DNA of 64,000 bases. Origin: Macrostomum lignano. Its lineage: Eukaryota. Under the pieces are notes generated by a model. That model was given only the letters and a program-made list of their open reading frames with translations. It searched no databases and was not told the DNA's origin. The stretch covers positions 1-64,000 of the forward strand of contig NIVC01000143.1 of NCBI GenBank assembly GCA_002269645.1. The letters are read 5' to 3'. A program made the position numbers and the translations under genes. Shown here piece by piece: positions 48,683-61,300 of the stretch. Each line of letters starts with the position of its first letter. Position 1 is the stretch's first letter.

Positions 48683-49568
48683 ATGAATCCAAGGAGTTTC
48701 ATTGTCGAATTTCTGCTGCTGTGGTCGACCATTGAAGCTTCTGTTCATACACAGCCTCTGAGATTTCGCTACATCGGTTGCTATAAGGACGGCGTTAGTG
48801 GTAACAGGGACTTAACCGGCCTGCAAGGAGTCACAGCTGTCGGCCCGCACCGAACTCATTCTGGAACCCCGGCCTTCGTAAACAGTACCGTCATGACGCT
48901 GGAGCTGTGCAGCCAAATCTGCGCCTACGGTCGGTTCCGCTACTTCGGTGTTCAGGCTGGAGAATTCTGCTGCTGCGGTTCCGCTTACGGCTCGCACGGT
49001 GCCGCTCCTGAGAGTCAGTGCAGATCTGTCTGCACTGGAAACTCGTCACAGGTGTGCGGTGGAGCATACAGAAATTCAATCTACGAAATCAGCTACCAAC
49101 CAAGTACGAAGTTTACCCACTGCAAACTTTCTCTAAGTACATTTAAAAAGATGTAAAAGAAGTGGCACCCGACTTTCAGAAGTCAAATGTCTTTATTCTT
49201 AGTTATGCTTGTAATTTTGTCTACGTCATTTTTGCAGCTTAACTGAATTATTGTGGCAATGCCTATCGAAATGCAATCGTGTAGTGCCAAGCTTAAAAAA
49301 ATCTTGTAAACACGCACCCGCAGGTAGTCCTGCTATGAAGAAGCTGGCTGTAGCGTCAATGCCGAGCATCTCAGCCTCCAACAGCTCCATCACCCACTTC
49401 GACGCTACAGCCTATAGCGTTATTGAGTGCGTTTCAGTCTGCCAAAGCAGTCATGACTGCCTGGGCTGCGCCTTCACGCCATCGAGCCGGCTGTGTCGCC
49501 TGCTAAAGTTTGCCGCTGTGCCTGCTGAGGTGGCCAGCGAGGCTGAGTGGGTGTGGATGAAGCTGTGA
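48683..49568 (+). CDS. Secreted WSC + PAN/Apple-domain protein, paralog G (intact; exons 48683-49103, 49324-49568)
   Basis: ATG in MNPRSFIVEFLLLWS signal peptide; WSC domain; phase-1 donor CCAA|GTACG joins CGCAG|GT in frame to CVSVCQSSHDCLGCAF...CRLL exon. Confidence 0.85.
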
Positions 49569-50879
49569 GGCTGAGTGGGTCTGGATGAAGCTGTGAGGCT
49601 GAGTGGGTCTGGATGAAGCTGTGAGGCTGAATAGGTCTGGATGAAGCTGTGAGGCTGAGTGGGTTTTGATGAAGCTGTGAGGCTGGTTCCAGCTGGATGA
49701 AACTGTGTTCATGGGTGCAGTGGGTTTTCTAAGCAACATATTATAAACTTTATTTATTCATAGAGGTTCTCAATTTAAAGCGATTTTGTTGCCAGTGCCT
49801 TGTATTGAGTTTAATGTAAATTTTTGATAAACTGCAGATTAATATTTTTAAAGACTGCTTTAAAAAGTAAAAGGTTTCGTAGGTGTCAAAAGTACGAAAT
49901 AAAAACTGATGGAAACTCTGAAACTCTGTTTTTCGCTATTGAAAAAGTAGCTATCCGAATTTGGGTACTGAGTTGTTGTGGGCACTGTTAATCCGCGCTC
50001 AACTTCGTCATTTGAAGAGTCGAACGAGAGCAGCACTTTTAGCTACTCTTCATTCTCACCGATATTTATATTTTGACACCTGCTAAAATGAGTGTACTGC
50101 ACCCTCAGCTGCTTATTACAATACGCAGGCAAATTGTCTGACACTATATCCCGGTATTTTTTCGACGATGTGAGGAATGATTCACTTCAGCCGAGCTACG
50201 ACGCCGTCACGCGGACCTAGCATGACACTGGCGTCATCCGATACGCACATGACACATTTCGCACGGATGACATTGTACATGACACATTCAGTGACATAAA
50301 TTTGAGTTACCATGGATCGAATAAAAAATGACAGGAAAAGCGACAAAAAGCCTCATTAGTTGGAGCAGCCATAGAGTAGGCGACAAATGATGCAGTTCTC
50401 ACACGGCAGCTGGTCGAGATAAACGAACTGACATGGCATAATCACCTGGTAGTTTGAATGATGGGGAAAGTCGATGGGGAGAATGCTGATTGCTGTCATG
50501 AAGATGATTGAAGCCGCCTTGCTCTTGCAACTAGCTATATCGATGCATTAATGAACCAGGTGGTATTTCACACGCGCACCTATTCACGCATGGTGCTGAG
50601 CTGCCCCCCAGATGCTGCGACTTGAGAAACAGCAACTGATGGACGCGGGACAAGCTCAAAACCAAATTTATTCAATTTAAAGGAATTGAACAAGAGGACT
50701 TATGGCTCGAAAGTTTCTGTAAGAGCATGTAAGCTTCTACAGCAGGTAGATCGATGGGTAAAGGTGCAGTGGAGCTCCCACAGCATGTACTCGTGGAAGT
50801 GAAGGAAAAACTGCATAGTGAAATGTATAATATAATGGTAAAATTTTCCAAGAAATATAGTTCCTGTCCTTCTACATGG

Positions 50880-51255
50880 ATAGTCCTTTATTGTGGCTGT
50901 CTGGCAGCTGCTCCGCTGCAGCCTCCTCTGGGATTTCGCTACCTTGGTTGCTATTCCTTGAAAGGGACTTGAGACTTATAGAGACTTGAAAGGTCTGCTT
51001 GGAGTCACAGCTTACGGGCCGCACTCAGTTAAGCTTGACATACCAAATTTCGTAGGAAGCGCTGCAACGACTCTGGAGCCGGTTCCGCTACTTCGGTGCT
51101 CAATTCAGAGTACTGCAGATACGGCTTCGCCTACGGCTCAAAATGGCTCTGCTCCTGAGACCGACTGCAGCTCGGCCTGCGCCGGAAACCTTGCACAGAT
51201 GTGCGGTGGAGTATTTAAGAATTCAGTCTACGAAATCAGCTACCCGACCAAGTGA
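50880..51255 (+). pseudogene. WSC-PAN paralog H (internally deleted WSC exon; no PAN exon seen)
   Basis: PLGFRYLGCY...RDLKGLLGVTAYGP...CSSACAGNLAQMCGGVFKNSVYEISYP with the central cysteine block deleted or shifted. Confidence 0.75.
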
Positions 51256-51267
51256 GGTCGTGGCACG

Positions 51268-51450
51268 TTATTTATTTGATTTATTAGAGGCAGGGGGCTT
51301 TGTGCACCCTTGCGAACTTTATGCGACATTGTCACGCAACAGGCGAAAAGCATTACTGACTGCCCATTCCTACGGCGTCATACGCACTGGCACACACTTT
51401 CACAGGAGTGTAAGAGTGCCGCGCTTGACCACTGGGCTACGGCCACTCCC
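51268..51450 (-). mobile_element. Putative second tRNA-derived SINE (family 2)
   Basis: Minus strand starts GTGGCCGTAGCCCAGTGGTCAAGCGCG (A-box-like) and ends in an A-rich TAATAAATCAAATAAATAA tail; no clear B box. Confidence 0.45.
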
Positions 51451-51495
51451 ATACAAGCACATGGACTTGTACAAGTTTTTTTAGTCTGGGCCAAT

Positions 51496-53465
51496 TAGGC
51501 CAATTTCTTCTGGCCTTTGTTTGAATTTGTTTTTTTTGAGTGATCGTTGCTAAATATTTGCAATTTCTTCTGGCCTTTGTTTGAGTTAGTTTTTTTGAGT
51601 GATCGTTGTTAAATATTTGCGATTTCTTCTGGTCTTTGTTTGAATTTGTTTTTTTGAGTGATCGTTGCTAAATATTTGCAATTTCTTCTGGTCTTTGTTA
51701 GAGTTTGTTTTTTTGAGTGATCGTTGCTAAATATTTGCAATTTCTTCTGGTCTTTGTTAGAGTTTGTTTTTTTGAGTGATCGTTGCTAAATATTTGCAAT
51801 TTCTTCTGGTCTTTGTTAGAGTTTGTTTTTTGAGTGATCGTTGCTAAATATTTGCAATTTCTTCTGGCATTTTGTTAGAGTTTGTTTTTTTGAGTGATCG
51901 TTGCTAAATATTTGCAATTTCTTCTGGTCTTTGTTAGAGTTTGTTTTTTTGAGTGATCGTTGCTAAATATTTGCAATTTCTTCTGGTCTTTGTTAGAGTT
52001 TGTTTTTTTGAGTGATCGTTGCTAAATATTTGCAATTTCTTCTGGTCTTTGTTAGAGTTTGTTTTTTTGAGTGATCGTTGCTAAATATTTGCAATTTCTT
52101 CTGGTCTTTGTTAGAGTTTGTTTTTTTGAGTGATCGTTGCTAAATATTTGCAATTTCTTCTGGTCTTTGTTAGAGTTTGTTTTTTGAGTGATCGTTGCTA
52201 AATATTTGCAAATTATTCTGGTCTTTGTTAGAGTTTGTTTTTTGAGTGATCGTTGCTAAATATTTGCAATTTCTTCTGGTCTTTGTTAGAGTTTGTTTTT
52301 TTGAGTGATCGTTGCTAAATATTTGCAATTTCTTCTGGTCTTTGTTAGAGTTTGTTTTTTTGAGTGATCGTTGCTAAATATTTGCAATTTCTTCTGGTCT
52401 TTGTTAGAGTTTGTTTTTTTGAGTGATCGTTGCTAAATATTTGCAATTTCTTCTGGTCTTTGTTAGAGTTTGTTTTTTTGAGTGATCGTTGCTAAATATT
52501 TGCAATTTCTTCTGGTCTTTGTTAGAGTTTGTTTTTTGAGTGATCGTTGCTAAATATTTGCAATTTCTTCTGGTCTTTGTTAGAGTTTGTTTTTTGAGTG
52601 ATCGTTGCTAAATATTTGCAATTTCTTCTGGTCTTTGTTAGAGTTTGTTTTTTTGAGTGATCGTTGCTAAATATTTGCAATTTCTTCTGGTCTTTGTTAG
52701 AGTTTGTTTTTTTGAGTGATCGTTGCTAAATATTTGCAATTTCTTCTGGTCTTTGTTAGAGTTTGTTTTTTGAGTGATCGTTGCTAAATATTTGCAATTT
52801 CTTCTGGTCTTTGTTAGAGTTTGTTTTTTTGAGTGATCGTTGCTAAATATTTGCAATTTCTTCTGGTCTTTGTTAGAGTTTGTTTTTTTGAGTGATCGTT
52901 GCTAAATATTTGCAATTTCTTCTGGTCTTTGTTAGAGTTTGTTTTTTTGAGTGATCGTTGCTAAATATTTGCAATTTCTTCTGGTCTTTGTTAGAGTTTG
53001 TTTTTTTGAGTGATCGTTGCTAAATATTTGCAATTTCTTCTGGTCTTTGTTAGAGTTTGTTTTTTTGAGTGATCGTTGCTAAATATTTGCAATTTCTTCT
53101 GGTCTTTGTTAGAGTTTGTTTTTTGAGTGATCGTTGCTAAATATTTGCAATTTCTTCTGGTCTTTGTTAGAGTTTGTTTTTTGAGTGATCGTTGCTAAAT
53201 ATTTGCAATTTCTTCTGGTCTTTGTTAGAGTTTGTTTTTTTGAGTGATCGTTGCTAAATATTTGCAATTTCTTCTGGTCTTTGTTAGAGTTTGTTTTTTT
53301 GAGTGATCGTTGCTAAATATTTGCAATTTCTTCTGGTCTTTGTTAGAGTTTGTTTTTTTGAGTGATCGTTGCTAAATATTTGCAATTTCTTCTGGTCTTT
53401 GTTAGAGTTTGTTTTTTTGAGTGATCGTTGCTAAATATTTGCAATTTCTTCTGGCCTCTGTTTGA
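51496..53465. repeat. 58-59-bp satellite (GAGTGATCGTTGCTAAATATTTGCAATTTCTTCTGGTCTTTGTTAGAGTTTGTTTTTTT), ~33 copies
   Basis: Highly homogeneous tandem units varying mainly in T-run length; followed by short 15-bp ACCAGGGGCTTTAGC repeats at ~53498-53580. Confidence 0.97.
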
Positions 53466-53869
53466 ATTTTTTTAGTGAATAAATGTATAATTAATAAACC
53501 AGGGGCTTTAGCACCAGGGGCTTTAGAACCAGGCGCGCCAGCACCAGGAGCGGCGGCACCAGGGGCTTTAGCACCTGCTGACATGTGCTAGTTACAATAT
53601 TTACATGTAGTTTCAGTTGGATAATTCAACCCCTCATCAGATGGTTAGGAAACCAAATGGTTAAATGAAGAAGAAAAGGTTCTCCAACTTTTTTATGTCT
53701 ATTGTGTCCCACAGTTCAACGAAATTAATATTTAATAGTGAGAGCAACTTCAGTTCGTATTCCAGCAACGTAATTTCGATTTTACTAATAAACATTTTTC
53801 ACTTTGACTTCTAACAGATAAGAGCTATTATGAGTTGCTTTTGAGCATCTTTATGAAATATCTTTGCTT

Positions 53870-54130
53870 GCAATCAGTCTCAGCTTCATCCAGACACGCT
53901 CAGCGTCCCTGCTTCATCCGGACCCACTCAGCCTCACAGCTTCATCCAGACCCACTCAGCCTCACAGCTTCATCCGTACCCACTCAGCCTCACAGCTTTA
54001 TCCAGAGCCACTCAGCCTCACAGCTTCATCCGGACCCACTCAGCCTCAGAGCTTCATTTACACCCACTCAGCCTCACAGCTTTATCCAGACCCAATCAGC
54101 CTCACAGCTTCATCCGGACCCACTCAGCCT
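53870..54130 (-). repeat. 28-bp PAN-exon-end minisatellite downstream of paralog I, ~8 copies
   Basis: Reverse complement of the GGCTGAGTGGGTCTGGATGAAGCTGTGA unit. Confidence 0.9.
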
Positions 54131-54838
54131 CGCTGGCCACCTCAGCGGGCACAGCGGCAAACTTTAGCAGGCGACACAGCCGGCTCGATGGCGTGAAGGC
54201 GCAGCCCCGGCAGTCCTGACTGCGTTGACAGACCGAAACGCAATCAATGACGTTATAGGCTGTAGTGTCGCGGTGGGTGATGGAGCTGTGAAGCTGCTGG
54301 AGGCTGAGATGCTCGGCATTGACGCTACAGCCAGCTTCTTCATAGCAGGACTACCTGCGGGGCGTGTTTACAAGATGTTTTTAAGCTTGGCACTACACGA
54401 TTGCATATCGATAGGCATTGCCACAATAATTCAGTTAAGCTGCAAAAATTACATGAACAAAATCACAAGCGTATCTAAGAATAAAGACATTTGACTTCTG
54501 AAAGTCAAGTGCCACTTCTTTTACATCTTTTTAAATGTACTTAGAGAAAGTTTGCAGTGGGTAAACTTCGTACTTGGTTGGTAGCTGATTTCGTAGATTG
54601 AATTTCTGTAGGCTCCACCGCACACCTGTGACGAGTTTCCAGTGCAGACAGATCTGCACTGACTCTCAGGAGCGGCACCGTGCGAGCCGTAAGCGGAGCC
54701 GCAGCAGCAATATGATCCCGCCTGAGCACTGAAGTAGCGGAACCGACCGTAGGCGCAGATTTGGGTGCACAGCTCCAGCGTCATGACGGCACTGTTTACA
54801 AAAGCCGCGGTTCCAGAATGAGTTCCATGCGGGCCGAA
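54102..54838 (-). pseudogene. WSC-PAN paralog I (5'-truncated; 8-nt insertion frameshifts PAN exon); inverted duplicate of G
   Basis: WSC 3' half, intron and PAN exon are nearly identical to G in opposite orientation; homology is lost upstream of ~54838. Confidence 0.82.
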
Positions 54839-55369
54839 AATCTTCTTGCTTCAAGAAGAAGATTCTCTCTCTCTCTACTCATCAGTTGAGTGATGAGCAT
54901 AACCAGAGACTTCTGCAATGTAGTGTGGCTGCTCAACCCACGGACGAAGCGGTGCGTCAGCGCTATTTAACCGCATTGCCCAATGGCAAAGTAAAAAAAT
55001 TGGAGATCTGCAGACTGCATTGGCTTCCGGGAGCCAAAATGGTCAAAAGAAGAGGCGAAAACGTCCGGCTGATCCACCTACCGAGTTTGCTTGAATCGCG
55101 CGCAACTGCTGATGATAATCGATAGCTTGAACTGTTCAAGAAGACGCATTCCATTCCTATTAAGTTTCCAGTTTTCTGTCAAGAGGCGATTGAGAAGTTC
55201 AGTGCCAGCAAGGATTGGTTCAGTAAAAGAACCGACAATGAGCTTTGCTTATTTGTAACGAACCAATCTCCTGTCCTCCCGTTCTTTTGTTTCACCCGTT
55301 AGTTAATGCGTCCGTAGTTAGATTTTAGTGACCTATCCTTGGATATTTAACTTACTTTTTAGTAGGAAA

Positions 55370-58300
55370 AGCTGATAAATATAACATACGAGGCCAACTC
55401 CTCCGTTGGCGGAGTAAGGGGATAGAACTCCCATCGCCAGAATTTCATTCCCTGAAATCCATCAGCTGAATCCAATGACACGAATCCCATCGTCCAAATT
55501 CTTTCCAAATCCTCTATTAACCTCCCAAAAACCATGTTGTTTTACCTTTTTGCAAAAATTGACTGCCTGCCATTTTCCAGGCTGAGACTCTCGTCTGTCC
55601 CTCTCTCCTCTCCTTTATCTCCTCTCTGCTCTCTCGTCTCTCTACTTTCTCCCCTCTTCTCTCTCCCTTATCCTCTCGCTTCTATCTCCTCTCTCTCCCC
55701 TCATCTCTACTCATTTATCTCAATTCTCTCTCGTCTTTCGGCTCTACTCCCTCCTGTCTCCTCTTTCTCCTCTCTTACCCCCCTCTCCTCTCTCCTCTCA
55801 ATTCCCACATCTCTTCTATCGCCTTTATTCTCTTTTTTCTTTTCTCTAATCTGTCCCTTTTAATTCTCTCTTTTCATGTTCTCTGTCATCTAATCTTTTA
55901 TCTTCTCTCTCCTTTTCTCTTTTGTCTATTCCCTTTTATTTAGCTATTTCATCGTCTCCATGAAACAGATAGAATATCATCAAAATCCTCTCCGTTAAAC
56001 TGCAATCCATCGTATATCATCTCCTTCAAGCTACAATCCATCAATTTAAAAATATTATCTCTATCAAATTTCAGTCAATCAAGACTATTAAACTGAAGTC
56101 TATAAATACATGCTTTTTACTTGTCTGGGTATACATCAAAAAATCTTCCAAATCTTCCAAATCCTCCATAAAACCTCTGAAATATCATAGCATGTTTTCC
56201 CTGTTTGCAAAAATTGACTGCCATCGTCCAGACTGAGACTCTCTCCTGTCTCCTCTCTCCTCTTTGCTCCTTTATCTAATCTCTTCTCTCTGCTCTCATC
56301 TCCTCTCTCATCTTTACTCTTACTTTCTTATCAATCACCTCCCATCTCTCATCTCTCCTCTCTGCGCTCTTATCTCTATTTTCTCATCTCTATTCTCTCA
56401 TCTTTCGCCTTTGCTCTCTCATTTCTTTTCTCATCTCTCTCCTGAGTCCTCTCTCCCTTCTCTTCTCGCTTCTCTCTCTCCCGTCTTCTCTCTTATCTCT
56501 TCTCTCCTGTCTTCTCTCAATTCTCTCCTATCTCTCCTCTTCTCTCCCATCTCTCATCTCTACTCGCTTATCTATCGCCTCTCCTCTACCCTGCCCTCTC
56601 TCTCTTCTCTTTTCTCTCTCGTCTCTCCTCTCTGCTCTCATTTCTCATACTCCTATTTTCTCTCTTACCCTCTCCTTTTTCATCTCTCATCTTTCCCCTC
56701 TCCTCTCAACCGTCTCCTGTCTCATCTCTCTTCTCTCTCCTCTGTACTCTCTTATCCCTCTCTCCTCCCATCTTTCCTCCCTCCTTTGCTCTCTCATTTT
56801 TCCTCTCTCCCCTCCTTTCTTCCCTCTACATTCTCTTTTCTTCGCTCTCCCTCTTCATCATTCCCGCCTCACTCCCCTCTTCTCTCCCCTCTGTCGTCGA
56901 CTCGTCTTTAATCTCTCAGCTCTCATATCTACTGTCTTTTCTATCATCTTTCTATCCTCTCTTCTCCTTGAAATCTCTTCTCTCTACTCTCTTATCTGAC
57001 GGACTGAAAGCGCCGATAATCAAACCAATTGAAATTTATCACCCGCCTCCTCCATTACTGAAATTACTCAAATGATAGCTGGCTTGAATTTGTGTACGCA
57101 ACCTTCCCCCCCAACTACAATCTTGGCAGAAAGTTTAAAAGTATGGAAATCGTTTTTTTCAATGCTGTGCTTTTTGTTTTCATATTTAAAGCAAATAACT
57201 TATATCCCCAAACTCAGCGTTGCAAGATCTTTCTAGCAATATAAATTCTCTCTTCTCAAAGCTTAAAACTCAAGGAACAGTTGGCGTTTGAACTTCCCGA
57301 TTTAAAGCATTGAAGTATCGAGTGTACATTCACTGCCTGCTAGTAAGAGGCTCGCAAGTTTATTCATTGAATTTAGCTGCCCAGCTAATACACAGCCTTT
57401 CGAAAGACGCCGATAATAAAACCAATTGAATCTCGACACAGTCCTTATCTATCTGTTTACACAGTACATTGCTATGTACACTCAGCCCAAACCAACCCCC
57501 CTATTCCGGGGGAATCATTAAATTTTACTGCACCCCCAACATGCGGGGTTTTTATTAGCATTGAACCCAGAACACGCGTCACCCACCCCTCCAAAACACA
57601 GCGACCCGCGGGAGGAGGTTGGGGTGGTTGTTTTTAAAATTATGCCACTACCCCTCCACTGGAGAGGCAAAGTGGCCAAAGAAGGTTAAGAAAACAGTTT
57701 TCTGCTTTTTTAACGGACTTAATTTTGAAATTTTCAACATTAAAATAGCCTATTTGTTGCGTAGGAAAATTCTGCATTGACATATATAAGTCTCGCATTT
57801 GAGTTGCCAGCCGTCTAGGAGGAGATACGCGTTAAACCCGGCCGGTCGATCGATCGATCGACCCACTCAGCTTTAGATATAACGAGGCCAACTCCTCCGT
57901 TGGAGGAGAAAGGGGAAGAACTCCCATCATCGGAATCCATCAGCTGAATCCTATGACCCGAATCCCATCATCCAAGGTCTCTCTAAAATCCATCAAATTC
58001 CTCTCCATGAAACAGAAATCCATTAAAATCCTCTCTTTCAAACAGATTTTTATTCATAAAAACTCTCTCAGTCAAACAGATATTGATCAAAACTCTCCGT
58101 GAAACAGATATTCATCAAAATTCTCTCCGTGAAACAGAAATCCATTAAAATCCTCTCCGTGAAACAGAACTCCATCAAAATCCTCTCCGTGAAACTTAAA
58201 TCCATCAAAATCCTCTCCATGAAACTTAAATCCATCAAAATCCTCTCCATGAAACTTAAATCCATCAAAATCCTCTCCGTGAAACCGATATTCATCAAAA

Positions 58301-61300
58301 TTCACTGTTGAACGAATATCTATCAATATTATCTTTTTCAAGCAAAAATCCATCAATTTAATCAACAGACTCTGTTAAATTGGAGTGTATTAAAAACGCT
58401 TTCTAATTGTCTGGCTTAAATATATGCAAAGAAAAGGATTCAGTGGTTAGGGTTAGGGTTAGAGCTGCACAGTGCTTCCTGTTGAAAGGCACCGATAATA
58501 AAAAAATTGAACCAATTGAACCAATTAATTGCGAAATCTATTTTTCAGTCAGTCAGTATCAGTCTTAGTTAAATTTAACAAAATGATTGCGCAATCTAAA
58601 TCAACCCTCCAATAAACAGCGGCAGTTAGAAGTTGAAGCCCCAAATTTATCTATTGCGTCTCGAAAAAAGGAGTACAATCTTTGCAGAAAGTTAAAAGTA
58701 TGGAAATCGTTTTTTGAATGCTGTGCTTTTAGTTTTCATACTTAAAGCAAACAACTTATACCAGCATTGAAAGATCTTTCCAGCAATTTAGGTCTCTTCT
58801 CTCAAAGTTCAAAACTTGAGGAACAGTTTGTTTGAAATTTCCCAGTTTAAAGCATTGAATTTTTGAGTGTACATTCACTGCCTGCTACAGTGAGAGGCTT
58901 GAAAGTTCATGCATTGAATTTCACTGTCCACCAGTTAGCAAGGGTCCAAGTGTACACACGCAGCCACTTAGAACGCCCCCATCCCCCCACTGGAGAGAAA
59001 ATGCACTGCCCAGATAGGAAAAAAGTTGTGGCGCAATCACTCAAAATTGATGCAAATTTTCAGTTCAGAGCAGAAAAAGTGGCCAAAGAAGGTTAAGAAA
59101 ACAGATTTTTGCTTTTTTAACGGACTTGACTTTTAATTTTTCAACATTAAAATAGCCTATTTGTTGCGTAGGAAAATTCTGAATAGATATATATAAGTCT
59201 CGAATTTGAGTTGGCAGCCGTCTAGGAGGAGATACGTGTTAAACCCGGCCGGTCGATCGATCGATCGATCGACCCACTCAGCTTTAGATATAACGAGGCC
59301 AACTCCTCCGTTGGCGGAGTGAGGGGATGGAACTCCCATCGCCAGAATTTCATTCCCCGAAACCATCAGCTGAATCCAATCCAATACCATCGTCCAAATC
59401 CTTTCCAAATCCTCTATTAACCTCCCAAAAACCATGTTGTTTTACCTGTGTGCAAAACTTGACTGCCTGCCATCGTCCAGACTGAGACTCTCGTCTGTCT
59501 CCTCTCTCCTTTTTGCTCTCTCATCTCTAATCTCTCCTATCTCCTCTCTGCTCTCTCATCTCTAATCTCTGCTATCTCCTCTCTGCTCTCATCTCCTCGC
59601 TTATCTATCATTTCTCATCTCTACTATCTTATCTCTCCTCACTACTTTCTCCTCTTAACTTTTTCCTCTCTCCTATTTTATCGCTTTTCTCTCCTCTCCT
59701 TTATCTCCTCTCTGCTCTCTCGTCTCTCTACTTTCTCCCCTCTTCTCTCTCCCTTATCCTCTCGCTTCTATCTCCTCTCTCTCCCCTCATCTCTACTCAT
59801 TTATCTCAATTCTCTCTCGTCTTTCGGCTCTACTCCCTCCTGTCTCCTCTTTCTCCTCTCTTACCCCCCTCTCCTCTCTCCTCTCAATTCCCACATCTCT
59901 TCTATCGCCTTTATTCTCTTTTTTCTTTTCTCTAATCTGTCCCTTTTAATTCTCTCTTTTCATGTTCTCTGTCATCTAATCTTTTATCTTCTCTCTCCTT
60001 TTCTCTTTTGTCTATTCCCTTTTATTTAGCTATTTCATCGTCTCCATGAAACAGATAGAATATCATCAAAATCCTCTCCGTTAAACTGCAATCCATCGTA
60101 TATCATCTCCTTCAAGCTACAATCCATCAATTTAAAAATATTATCTCTATCAAATTTCAGTCAATCAAGACTATTAAACTGAAGTCTATAAATACATGCT
60201 TTTTACTTGTCTGGGTATACATCAAAAAATCTTCCAAATCTTCCAAATCCTCCATAAAACCTCTGAAATATCATATCATGTTTTCCCTGTTTACAAAAAT
60301 TGACTGCCATCGTCCAGACTGAGACTCTCTCCTGTCGCCTCTCTCCTCTTTGCTCCTTTATCTAATCTCTTCTTTCTGCTTCCTGCTCTCCATCTCCTCT
60401 CTCATCTCTACTCTTACTTTCTTATCAATCACCTCCCATCTCTCATCTCTCCTCTCTACGCTCTCATCTCTATTTTCTCATCTCTATTCTCTCATCTTTT
60501 CCCTTTGCTCTCTCATTTGTTTTTTCATCTCTCTCTTCTCTCCCTTCTCTTCTCGCTTCTCTCTCTCCCCTCTTCACTCTATCTCTTCTCTCCTGTCTTC
60601 TCTCATTTCTCTCTATCTCTCCTCTTCTCTCTCATCTCTCATCTCTACTCGCTTATCTATCGCCTCTCCTCTACCCTGTCCTCTCTTTCTCTCCTCTCTT
60701 TTCTCTCTCGTCTCTCCTCTCTGCTCTCATTTCTCATACTCCTATTTTCTCTCTTACCCTCTCCCTTTTCATCTCTCATCTTTCCCCTCTTCTCTCTACC
60801 GTCTCCTGTCTCATCTCTCCTCTCTCTTCTCTCTCCTCTGTACTATCTTATCCCTCCTCTCTCCTCCCATCTTACCTCCCTCCTTTGCTCTCTCATTTTT
60901 CCTCTCTCCCCTCCTTTCTTCCCTCTACATTCTCTTCTCTTCGCTCTCCCTCTTCATCATTCCCGCCTCACTCCCCTCTTCTCTCCCCTCTGTCGTCGAC
61001 TCGTCTTTAATCTCACAGCTCTCATATCTACTGTCTTTTCTATCATCTTTCTATCCTCTCTTCTCCTTGAAATCTCTTCTCTCTACTCTCTTATCTGACG
61101 GACTGAAAGCGCCGATAATCAAACCAATTGAAATTTGTCACCCGCCTCCTCCATTACTGAAATTCCTCAAATGATAGCTGGCTTGAATTTGTGTACGCAA
61201 CCTCCCCCCAACTACAATCTTGGCAGAAAGTTTAAAAGTATGGAAATCGTTTTTTCAATGCTGTGCTTTTTGTTTTCATATTTAAAGCAAATAACTTATA

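Noticed and set aside
53590-53660. Hammerhead ribozyme on the minus strand (CTGATGA...GAAA)
   Set aside because: Stem II is offset from the core and stems I/III cannot be closed around an NUH site; other CTGATGA hits also failed.
58447-58462. Interstitial telomere
   Set aside because: Only (TTAGGG)2TTAG, too short to distinguish from chance.
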